Origin: a virus
Lineage: Duplodnaviria > Caudoviricetes
DNA: 62,107 bases
Reading direction: 5' to 3' (one strand)
Virus record (IMG/VR): IMGVR_UViG_3300029267_003445
Location: 1 to 62,107 of that record
A program made the translations under genes and the position numbers. The stretch's first letter is position 1, and every line of letters begins with the position of its first letter. The notes under the pieces were generated by a model. The model made no database searches. It had not been told where the DNA came from and worked only from the letters and a program-made list of their open reading frames with translations. Shown piece after piece: positions 27,397 to 35,786 of the stretch.

Positions 27397-27650
27397 TTGA
27401 CCAGTTCGCTTCGGAGTACGGGTGGGGAGATAGAGACACGTTGAAACACACGCTGTTTCAGCTTGAAAGCTATTCCGATTCCATTAGCATACGACGGGCG
27501 GAAGCTCGTGTAGAACTCGCGGAGACAATTCGAGCCGCGCAAGCCGAGGCCGGTGCGTACCGCCGATGGGTGACTCAGGTAGTCGGAGACAGCGGCGATG
27601 AGGACGGGGAGAGGCCGAGAGGGTTCGCGTATCAGAAAGAGGGTGACTGA
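27327..27650 (+). CDS. Tail chaperone T segment reached by -1 frameshift
   Basis: -1 frame ORF without a good start; LIDQFASEYGW; slippery CCTTTTTT at 27327-27334. Confidence 0.65.
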   Translation, partial: PFFGDDPAGDFDPERAADDISDLIDQFASEYGWGDRDTLKHTLFQLESYSDSISIRRAEARVELAETIRAAQAEAGAYRRWVTQVVGDSGDEDGERPRGFAYQKEGD

Positions 27651-30600
27651 TGAACCTTGGAGAGGCTGTTCTACGTATTAGCGCTCACGCGGGTGGTTTC
27701 ACAGCGACGACCAATAAGGTCATCACTAAACTGCGAACAATCGGCAAAACCGCGCAAGCCGTTGGCATGAAAATGCGAACGATGGGCATGCAAGCGAGTT
27801 TCATGGGCGCTGCAATTGTTGCTGCCCTTACTCCCGCAATCGTGGCGGGGGCCTCTTTTGAGAAGCAGATGTCCTCGGTTGTGGCCGTGGTGGACGAGCT
27901 GCGACCGTCTGCCGCGGGTGCCGCGGAGGCATTCGCTGGTTTTACGGAGCAGGTGCTTCACTTGGGAGCCACTACGGAATGGACGGCCCGGCAAGTGGCG
28001 GAGGCTGCGCATTTCTTGGGATTAGCGGGCTTCTCCTTGCAAGAGATACAAGAGGCTCTCCCTGCGACCCTTCAACTTGCCACGGCGGGCTCCCTTGATC
28101 TTGGACGGGCCGCGGAAATTGCGGCGGACACGCTGCGCGCTTTTGGGCTAGAGGCGCACGAGTTGGGTCGGGTGGTTGATGCTCTTGCGAAGGCTGCGAC
28201 CACGACGAATACAACCGTAGAAAAGCTCGGGGAGTCCATGCGATATGCCGCTCCCCTCTCAGCTTCTCTAGGGCAGACCGTGGAGCAGACGGCCGCGGCG
28301 CTCGGTCTGTTGGCAAATGCGGGCATCAAGGCGAGCCGGGGTGGTACCGTGCTCGCAAATATGCAAGCAATGCTAGTCAAGAATACGGAGAAGGCCGACA
28401 AAATAATGCGTCGGCACGGTATGACATTTCGGGACATTAATCCCGAGGTGCAAAAGCTCGCAACGGTGATTTTGAATTTGAAGGAGGCCAATCTTTCCGC
28501 GCTGGAGGTGCTTGAGATTTTCCGCTTGCGTGCGGGGCGTGGCGTGCTCGCGTTTATGACGCAATCAGAGGAGAAGATTCGCCAAGTATTTGCCGGGTTG
28601 GAAGATGCGGCAGGGGTGGCGAAGGAGATGCAGGAAATAAAATTGGACAACATTACCGGCGCTTTTGTGCTGTTGAAGTCCATATTGGAAGGCGTTGCAA
28701 TTGATATTTTCAATGCAATGAAGACGGACCTCGAAGAGCTACTCACTAGCGCCCGGGAGTGGGTGGCGGAGTTGAAGACCTGGATAGGGGCAAACGAGGA
28801 GCTGGTTGCGTCAATTGGCAAGTTCGCCGCGGGGCTGGGACTCGTGCTCATTACGGTGGGACCGCTGTTGATGATGCTCGGTATGCTTACGAGTGCGGTC
28901 GGTGGGCTGTATACGGCTTTTGCCGGGCTGGTGGGATTGCTGGCGACGAACCCGATTGCGCTGGGGGCGATGCTGATGGCGTTGCCCGTGCTCCTCGTTT
29001 TGTTCAAGGATTTGAAGGCCGCGCTGCGCGGGGTAAATACCGAGATGAGGCATGCTCGACAGGCAAGCGATAAAAAGATACTGATGGACAATCAACACAT
29101 GCGGTCCCTGGAGGCGCTTGCTGAGAAGGAGCAGCTTACGAACGAGGAGATGAAGGAGGCGACGCGGCTGATAGAGGGGCTGGAGAAAGATTACGGGGAC
29201 CTCGGTATTGAGGTGGACGAAACTACTAAGAGCATCACGGGGCTCGCGGCTGGACAGGAGCGGTATAATGCGGCGGTTCGACAACGGCGAATAACGGCGC
29301 TAAATAAAGAAATCCGTGAGTTGCGGGAGAATCTAACCGCCTCTGTAGACGCTGCGAAGCTCGGGGCCGGGTGGTGGCGATCTTTTCTCAACAAGGTGGC
29401 CGCGGGGTTGGAGCTGAATGAGGACCTAACGGAGCAGCAAAATAAGGCGCTCCAAAAACACCACGACCTATTGAATCAACTAATTGACAGTCAGGCGGAG
29501 TTGAACGCGTTGCAAGCGGGAGAGAACGTGCCGATTGCGGGGGGCGGGGACCCGGAAGCAATGGCGCGGGAGGCTCGTCGGATTGAAATGCAGGCGCGCA
29601 TTCTTGAGCAGGAGGCGGAGTTTGAGAAGCAGTTGAAAAAGGTCGCAAAGATAGAGGCTGAGATTTTTGAGGACGACCACGAGGGCCGCGCTGGTGCTAT
29701 ACGGGAACTGGAACAACAGGCGGAGGTACGTCAGAAGGTGTTGCAAGATGCGATTGACCTCGCGGAGAAGGGGCGGGTTGCGGCACGTGCCCAAGAGGAG
29801 GCCGCGGCGGCAGAGGTGAGGATGCTCCAAGAAAAGGGACAACTCGGGAGCGAATTACTTGCGCAGAAGCAAGTGGAAGAACAATTAGCGCGGGGGGTAG
29901 CGGAAGCGCGGGAGCAGGAACTTCAACGGCTCCAACATCTACGAGAACAGAACACCATCTTCTTGGAACAGCAGACGCAAAAGGAGCTTCTGGAGGAGAA
30001 GGAAGACCGGCTGAAGTTCATGGAGGACATGCGGATTGCTGAGTCGCGGTACGGTAAAGACAAAATAGAAACCGCCCGGCTGGAGGCGGAACAGCGGTTG
30101 CGGATAAAGAAGAAGGAGATTGAGGAGACGTTTGCTCTGTCTAAGGAGCTTAGCGACAAGGAAAGAAAGCTTGCCGAGCAGCAAAAGGCAGAGGCGTTGA
30201 AGCTTGCCGAGGCAGCCGCAAGGGCGCACGTTAAAAAGGCAATGGATGAGGAGGCTGAGAAAAAGAAGAAGACGACTAATATTGCGAAGCGGGAACTGGA
30301 GTTGGAGCGTAGCATTTCCGGGCAGCTCGTTAGGCGGGTTCGCTCGTTGCGGGACATTTTAATGCTCTATCAGGCTATCGCAATCGTACGGCAGATTCAG
30401 GAGAACCGGGCGAGAATTGCAGCGGATCAGGCAATCTTGGCGGAGGAGAAGCTCTCGCGGTTGTATGAGCGGCGCGCCCGGATGAAAGACGACTCGGCCG
30501 CGGCTGAGAGGCTGGATTTGCTAATTCGCCGTACGAAGACGCAGGCGGAAATGAGTCAACAAATCGCGGGTAAGCGTGCCGAGGAAGCGCAATTGCCCGG

Positions 30601-31144
30601 GGCGTCGGAAGCGAGTGCAATGTTGGTCGAGAGATTGGCGGTCCTTCAGGACGACGTGTTGACGCTTCACCACGGCATCGCCGCGGCATTTCAAAGCATA
30701 GCTAACGATTTTCAGACCGCGCCGGTCTTGTGGGTGGATGCTTTTGTGGGGGCGTGGCAGATTGAGGCGCAACGCATGGTGGACGCGGTACAATTCACGA
30801 TGCAACAGATCAAGGTAGAGCTAGACCCCGCTACTACGCACTCCCCCTCCTTGCTTCAGGTGATGGATATGAACGTGGCGGCGGTTGCGGGCGGTGTTGG
30901 AAAGGTGGTGGGCTCTCTGGAGCAGGCGTTGCCGCGGCTGCGTAGCATGTCTATCTCTCGTGCACTGGCGTCGCCGCCCGCGGGGCGTGTGGATACAGGT
31001 GGGGCGTTACAGCCTATGACGCAGACTTTGAACGATAACCGGCGCGTGGAAATGCAAGTGAACAACAATCTGGACTTGGATAGTGTTGAGCGTCGTATTG
31101 GCAACGCGCTTCAGCGGTCCGGCATGCAAGGCGGGGGAATGTAA
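27650..31144 (+). CDS. Tape measure protein (TP901-type core)
   Basis: FEKQMSSV, LGATTEWTA, LQLATAG, TTVEKLGESMRYAAP, hydrophobic segment, long coiled coil; 1164 aa. Confidence 0.95.
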   Translation: MNLGEAVLRISAHAGGFTATTNKVITKLRTIGKTAQAVGMKMRTMGMQASFMGAAIVAALTPAIVAGASFEKQMSSVVAVVDELRPSAAGAAEAFAGFTEQVLHLGATTEWTARQVAEAAHFLGLAGFSLQEIQEALPATLQLATAGSLDLGRAAEIAADTLRAFGLEAHELGRVVDALAKAATTTNTTVEKLGESMRYAAPLSASLGQTVEQTAAALGLLANAGIKASRGGTVLANMQAMLVKNTEKADKIMRRHGMTFRDINPEVQKLATVILNLKEANLSALEVLEIFRLRAGRGVLAFMTQSEEKIRQVFAGLEDAAGVAKEMQEIKLDNITGAFVLLKSILEGVAIDIFNAMKTDLEELLTSAREWVAELKTWIGANEELVASIGKFAAGLGLVLITVGPLLMMLGMLTSAVGGLYTAFAGLVGLLATNPIALGAMLMALPVLLVLFKDLKAALRGVNTEMRHARQASDKKILMDNQHMRSLEALAEKEQLTNEEMKEATRLIEGLEKDYGDLGIEVDETTKSITGLAAGQERYNAAVRQRRITALNKEIRELRENLTASVDAAKLGAGWWRSFLNKVAAGLELNEDLTEQQNKALQKHHDLLNQLIDSQAELNALQAGENVPIAGGGDPEAMAREARRIEMQARILEQEAEFEKQLKKVAKIEAEIFEDDHEGRAGAIRELEQQAEVRQKVLQDAIDLAEKGRVAARAQEEAAAAEVRMLQEKGQLGSELLAQKQVEEQLARGVAEAREQELQRLQHLREQNTIFLEQQTQKELLEEKEDRLKFMEDMRIAESRYGKDKIETARLEAEQRLRIKKKEIEETFALSKELSDKERKLAEQQKAEALKLAEAAARAHVKKAMDEEAEKKKKTTNIAKRELELERSISGQLVRRVRSLRDILMLYQAIAIVRQIQENRARIAADQAILAEEKLSRLYERRARMKDDSAAAERLDLLIRRTKTQAEMSQQIAGKRAEEAQLPGASEASAMLVERLAVLQDDVLTLHHGIAAAFQSIANDFQTAPVLWVDAFVGAWQIEAQRMVDAVQFTMQQIKVELDPATTHSPSLLQVMDMNVAAVAGGVGKVVGSLEQALPRLRSMSISRALASPPAGRVDTGGALQPMTQTLNDNRRVEMQVNNNLDLDSVERRIGNALQRSGMQGGGM

Positions 31145-31542
31145 TGGCGTATCCACCTAGAGCCTCCTTGGCAGGGGTTGACTTGCCGGTTCAGTTTAGC
31201 TATACTCCGTATGTCCCTCGTAAGCGGACCAATACGAGGGCGACGGCGAATGCGGTCGTGCATCAGTACGCAAAACCGGCGCAGATTGTGCACGGGGACA
31301 GCGGCCTCCCTTGGACTTGTCCCAAATGCACGCCCGTTGAGTGGCAACAGTTCTATACGTGGTACGCGGTTGACGTATCTACACTGTACGCCTTTGTCGG
31401 GTATTGGGGGGAGACGCTGAGCGTGCGTTTCATTGAGTTGGATGAGCCCTCTGTTCGCGGTCGCATGTTTGACGTTTCAGGCATGTTTCAAGTAGTATGC
31501 GTGACAGTAGCGATGAACGCGGTCTGCGAGCCGGTCATTTGA
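31144..31542 (+). CDS. Probable distal tail protein
   Basis: Coupled to the tape measure gene; ~130 aa, beta-rich. Confidence 0.55.
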   Translation: MAYPPRASLAGVDLPVQFSYTPYVPRKRTNTRATANAVVHQYAKPAQIVHGDSGLPWTCPKCTPVEWQQFYTWYAVDVSTLYAFVGYWGETLSVRFIELDEPSVRGRMFDVSGMFQVVCVTVAMNAVCEPVI

Positions 31543-31544
31543 CC

Positions 31545-31560
31545 TTGCACGCACGTGCAG
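31545..31560. promoter_or_regulatory. Palindromic box copy 4
   Basis: TTGCACGCACGTGCAG, intergenic. Confidence 0.8.
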
Positions 31561-31572
31561 ACGGAGTAGGAT

Positions 31573-32097
31573 ATGACAAAATGGTACCACGACATTCGCC
31601 CTTCGGGCGAGCACGCCCCGATTCATAGCTTCAGCCGAGTCTACGCGGCTCTCCTTGACAGATTGTGCCCTCCGCCCGGGCAGTCCTGGTCTGTTTTTGA
31701 GTGGGGGCCGGGGCTGAGTACCGACCTTGCGATTTCTGCGGGAGCAGCGGTCGTTAGTGTTGAGCACGATAGGCAATGGTTGCACCCACACGCACCGGGG
31801 TTGCTCCAGCTCTACGTATCGCCGGGCAGTGCGCGGTACGCCCGACTTGCGTGTGATAGAAAACACGATGTTTATTTCGTGGACGGGCGTCGTCGGGTGG
31901 CTTGTCTGCTTGCCGCGAAAATAAGTATTGGTCGGGGCGGTGACGGGGTTGCCGTCTTACACGACGCGCAGCGGCCGAGGTATTTGGAGGGCTTAGAACT
32001 TTTTGAGTATGGGGTCGCCTTTCCCGATGGCGTGGCGGCGGTTTGCCGTAACGCGGTAACGTGGGGCGCGCTCTGTGCGGAGAGAGACATACTATGA
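31573..32097 (+). CDS. Class I SAM-dependent methyltransferase (glycan O-methyltransferase-like)
   Basis: VFEWGPGLST, VSVEHDRQW, DVYFVDGRRRVAC, LHDAQRPRY. Confidence 0.75.
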   Translation: MTKWYHDIRPSGEHAPIHSFSRVYAALLDRLCPPPGQSWSVFEWGPGLSTDLAISAGAAVVSVEHDRQWLHPHAPGLLQLYVSPGSARYARLACDRKHDVYFVDGRRRVACLLAAKISIGRGGDGVAVLHDAQRPRYLEGLELFEYGVAFPDGVAAVCRNAVTWGALCAERDIL

Positions 32098-33686
32098 CGT
32101 GCGGGTATAACATATATCAGGGACTATACACGTATCCAGTATTTCCGCAATTGGATTGGAAGAGCGATGCGCACCTTGAGCCGCCCGTTCTCTTGTATCC
32201 AGGAGAGGGGCAGAACATCTGTACGGAGCCCTTCGACCAGGAGGGTAAAGAATACTTGGACGCGTCGGGGTGCAATCTACAGTGGGAGGCAGTGGACGGT
32301 GCCACACATTATATTGTTCAGTGGTGTAACGAATCGTCTTTTGCGGGACCCACGCTGCGCAGTTCGCAAACAACCGACACGAATTATCATCTTTTGTACC
32401 GCCGCGATATTCGTATGGGCGAGTCTCTGTATTGGCGGGTGATGGCGCACGACGGCGCGGGTGGTATCTCGCACAAGAGCGAGGCCCGAAGTTTCAAGTG
32501 GGACTGTCCCACGGGTCGCAAGGCCGAGCCGAAGTCCTCGGCGGGTACGAATGACGGGTATTGCGATCTCTTCAACGTGACCATGGAGTTGAACGGGCCG
32601 GGACCCCGGGTGCACTGTTGCACGCGGGAGCTATTCCATCTCAAGTTGACGTATGATTGTAAGGACGCGGACGGAAACGACTTGATTACGTTTGGCGGTA
32701 CGAGCTGGACTGTGATCCAAAATCCAGACGATGAGGGGGTGGTGATTGGGGGGAGCAATAACGGCTCTTGCATCGTGGACATTTTGTGCGAGGAGACAAG
32801 TCAGTTCTGGCTGTTGGCGTGTGCAAATTTCACCATCGTGGCAACGGGTGAGACGTTTCAGTGTTGCAAGGCGGAGGAGGTCACTATTGACTGCGACACT
32901 TCCTATCCGGGGTACTTGCCGGGCACGGGCGGCAAGCCGTGGTTGAAGATTGACCCCCGTGGGATGGGAGAGTCCACGTTTCTGTACCCCGACCCCGCAT
33001 ACCGTGGGACGGAGACGGCCGGGTACGCGGACCCCGGTAGCATTGCTGGAAAGGGTATTGTCGGAAAAGGGCGAATTGCCGTGGGGCCGGTTATTCAGAC
33101 ACGGCATGAGGTGTTGACAACGGCACCGCGGGAGGAGTGTAAAATCGACCCCGGGCGACCTATTTATACCGCTTGGGAGGCGCGGGTGCACTTGCCGGAG
33201 CGGTGGACTGCTGATGACATTTATTATGGGTACGGCCTCACCGCCTTCGGGAATTATTTGGGGGTCTACTACGGTTGCGGGCTTGCCCTGGACGATGTGG
33301 GGCGTCTCTATGTAGATTACGGCTGCGGACTTGTATGTGATGACGGCGTGCTCAGCGTGAATTACGGGGACGGCCTCCTATGCGAAGACGGTGAGCTGCG
33401 GGTGTACTATGGAGATTGTTTGGAGTTTGATGCGGGCAAGGTGCAAGTGAACACGGACGCGGAGTGCACGTTCCCGATATTTTCGGTGGACCCCGGCTCG
33501 GTATATTTATATACTGCAAACGCTCGCGTTTATTTTCAGATGTCCGGCACCCAATACGATTTCTCGAAAACGGAATGCGGCTTGTTGCTGGGGTCTTGCG
33601 ATGCGGCGGACACTTGGCAAGTTGCTTTGGATACTTTTGTGGGCCTCAGTTGCCACGATTGCCTGGAATACTATGGATTGATTTAG
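32094..33686 (+). CDS. Cys-rich virion protein with Fn3-like N-terminus and beta-spiral-like repeats
   Basis: LQWEAVDGATHYIVQ...YWRVMA (Fn3); five YGxGLxxxxGxLxV repeats. Confidence 0.6.
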   Translation: MTCGYNIYQGLYTYPVFPQLDWKSDAHLEPPVLLYPGEGQNICTEPFDQEGKEYLDASGCNLQWEAVDGATHYIVQWCNESSFAGPTLRSSQTTDTNYHLLYRRDIRMGESLYWRVMAHDGAGGISHKSEARSFKWDCPTGRKAEPKSSAGTNDGYCDLFNVTMELNGPGPRVHCCTRELFHLKLTYDCKDADGNDLITFGGTSWTVIQNPDDEGVVIGGSNNGSCIVDILCEETSQFWLLACANFTIVATGETFQCCKAEEVTIDCDTSYPGYLPGTGGKPWLKIDPRGMGESTFLYPDPAYRGTETAGYADPGSIAGKGIVGKGRIAVGPVIQTRHEVLTTAPREECKIDPGRPIYTAWEARVHLPERWTADDIYYGYGLTAFGNYLGVYYGCGLALDDVGRLYVDYGCGLVCDDGVLSVNYGDGLLCEDGELRVYYGDCLEFDAGKVQVNTDAECTFPIFSVDPGSVYLYTANARVYFQMSGTQYDFSKTECGLLLGSCDAADTWQVALDTFVGLSCHDCLEYYGLI

Positions 33687-33695
33687 GAGTAAGAT

Positions 33696-35126
33696 ATGTC
33701 AGAAACGTTGGACGAGCAGTGGGCGGAGGCAATCCAGAGGGAGCTTGCCACCTCCAGTCTTTATCGATATGCTCCGATGCGGAGTCAGCCCCGGGGCATG
33801 CGGTTGGAGGCGGAGGGGACCATTAGCATGGGTGGCTCTGCGGAGATGCGCAAGTGGCGCGTCGAGTTGAGGGAGGCCGGGCCGACTTTATTGTTGACCA
33901 ACGCAGAGGGGCATCCCACGGCGACGCTGACGCTGGACCCGGACGGGGTCTGGTGTGGGCGAGAAGCGAGCGGTGATAAGTGTCGGTTGACGTGTATCAG
34001 TAGCAGAAGGGGGAGCTGGAAGGCACTTGCCTCCCAGCGTACTTTTTCCAGGGCAGTCGCCATCGACCCCAACGACCCCGACTTCCGATACCTTGAACCG
34101 CTCGCCCGAGGACTCGATTGGTCCGCGCAGCGGTACGACATCTGCGAAACCGAAGCCTACCAAAAAGAAAGGATGCGGTTGCCGGAAGTGACGACGGCGG
34201 TTGCCGTTGTGGGGCACGACCGTCCGACCTATTTTTCGCAGACAGTGCGAGCCCTTGCCAAGAATGCTCGCATCCACGAACTGCCCGTCTTTGTGTTTTT
34301 GGACTATACTGAAAATCAAGACGCCACGGATGAGCAAGAGGAGTTGGCGAAGGACCTGTTGCCGGGGTGCGTGGTCACTCGGCGTCCTGTGAATTTTGGT
34401 TGCGGTCGAAATATCATCGACGCGCGGCGGCAGCTCTTTGATAATCTTGGGTACGCCCGGGTCTTTGTGTTTGAGGACGACATGGTACCGGGGTCGCAGT
34501 ATTTGTTCTTTTGTGAACGCCTCTTGGATTGGGCGATGCAGAATTACGCGAATGTTGGGGCGGTTCAGGGGTGGAATTTGTGTGTGATGGGACCCGCTAC
34601 GAAGCAGACTCATTTGGCAGAGGTGCGCGGGACGTTTGCGAACTGGTGGGGGTATTTGATGCATCGGCGGGCGTGGCGATCTTTTGCGCCGTGCTTATAC
34701 CGATACGAGGACCTGTTTCTTGGGGCGGTCCGCTACAACGACCGGCCCCATCGCTCTATTCTCGATTGGTTCAAGAGGCGGGACGCGGAACCACGTACCG
34801 AACGCAACCCCGGGTTTCCGGTGGACGCGGCGTGGCGGGCTTCTTTGGAGGCACACTGGAGAAGCCCCGCCACGGGACAAGACGCGGCGACCGAGCACCT
34901 ATTTCATGCCGCGGGGTGGGTGCGACTCGCCCCCGTTGTGAACCGCGGGTTGTATATTGGGCAACGCGGCATTCACATGTCGCCGCCTCAATTTGTGCGG
35001 GATGGGTTCAGTGCTATGCAGTTAGACGAGTTTGGGGAGACTCTCACGTTTGAGCCGGTTGAACCGGGAGGGTGCACGCACGTGCAACCCTCGCCCTATC
35101 CCGGATTTCGGTACGTGGAGGCGTAA
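33696..35126 (+). CDS. GT-A glycosyltransferase (GNT-I/GT13-like) with N-terminal extension
   Basis: HDRPTYFSQTVRAL, NFGCGRNI, VFVFEDDMVP, WWG, IGQRGIH. Confidence 0.75.
   Translation: MSETLDEQWAEAIQRELATSSLYRYAPMRSQPRGMRLEAEGTISMGGSAEMRKWRVELREAGPTLLLTNAEGHPTATLTLDPDGVWCGREASGDKCRLTCISSRRGSWKALASQRTFSRAVAIDPNDPDFRYLEPLARGLDWSAQRYDICETEAYQKERMRLPEVTTAVAVVGHDRPTYFSQTVRALAKNARIHELPVFVFLDYTENQDATDEQEELAKDLLPGCVVTRRPVNFGCGRNIIDARRQLFDNLGYARVFVFEDDMVPGSQYLFFCERLLDWAMQNYANVGAVQGWNLCVMGPATKQTHLAEVRGTFANWWGYLMHRRAWRSFAPCLYRYEDLFLGAVRYNDRPHRSILDWFKRRDAEPRTERNPGFPVDAAWRASLEAHWRSPATGQDAATEHLFHAAGWVRLAPVVNRGLYIGQRGIHMSPPQFVRDGFSAMQLDEFGETLTFEPVEPGGCTHVQPSPYPGFRYVEA
35073..35086. promoter_or_regulatory. 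Palindromic box copy 5
   Basis: TGCACGCACGTGCA near the 3' end of the GT gene. Confidence 0.75.
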
Positions 35127-35127
35127 T

Positions 35128-35403
35128 ATGTTTGTTAGTTTTGACTCGTTTACACGGACGCTCAACATGTTGCGGGCCGTGGTGTGTGGGGAGACGGTCA
35201 GTGAGGATCGGATGAAGGCGCGGCTCGTTATTTGTTCTACGTGCCCCCACGTCACGGAGTTGGGGGGCTCTATGAGTTGCGGGATTTGTGGGTGTAAGCT
35301 GAAGGGAGACAAGTCGCTCATTAATCTTGCAAAATACGAGGAGACGGCTGCGTACGGGTGCAAGGCTCCCGGGGGGTCAAAATGGAAAAAGATTGGAGTA
35401 TGA
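35128..35403 (+). CDS. Small Cys-rich protein (DUF6171-like)
   Basis: RLVICSTCPH...CGICGC...C...KW. Confidence 0.65.
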   Translation: MFVSFDSFTRTLNMLRAVVCGETVSEDRMKARLVICSTCPHVTELGGSMSCGICGCKLKGDKSLINLAKYEETAAYGCKAPGGSKWKKIGV

Positions 35404-35404
35404 C

Positions 35405-35785
35405 ATGAGAATTGCCGTTGACTTTGACGGAACCATAGTGGAGCACAAATTTCCTGACATAGGCAAGCCCGTCCCGGGAGCGTTTGAGTGGATGCGCCGG
35501 TGGCAGGAGCACGGGGCCACCCTTATTCTCTGGACGATGCGGAGCGGTCTTTACTTAGATGCCGCCGTGGAATATTGTACCCGCGCGGGAATCCAGTTTG
35601 ATGCCGTCAACGAAGGCGTGGGGGACAGGGCATGGACGGAGAGCCCGAAAGCGTACGCAAACATCTATATTGATGACGCTGCGTTTGGGTGCCCTTTGAT
35701 CGAGTCCCAGGAAATGGGTGCCCGCAAGATGGTGGATTGGGACGTTGTGGGACCCTCGGTTTTGGGGCTATTAAAAGGAGTATGA
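35405..35785 (+). CDS. HAD-superfamily phosphatase (capless, BT0820-like)
   Basis: IAVDFDGTI, ILWTMR, K..ANIYIDD. Confidence 0.9.
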   Translation: MRIAVDFDGTIVEHKFPDIGKPVPGAFEWMRRWQEHGATLILWTMRSGLYLDAAVEYCTRAGIQFDAVNEGVGDRAWTESPKAYANIYIDDAAFGCPLIESQEMGARKMVDWDVVGPSVLGLLKGV

Positions 35786-35786
35786 C

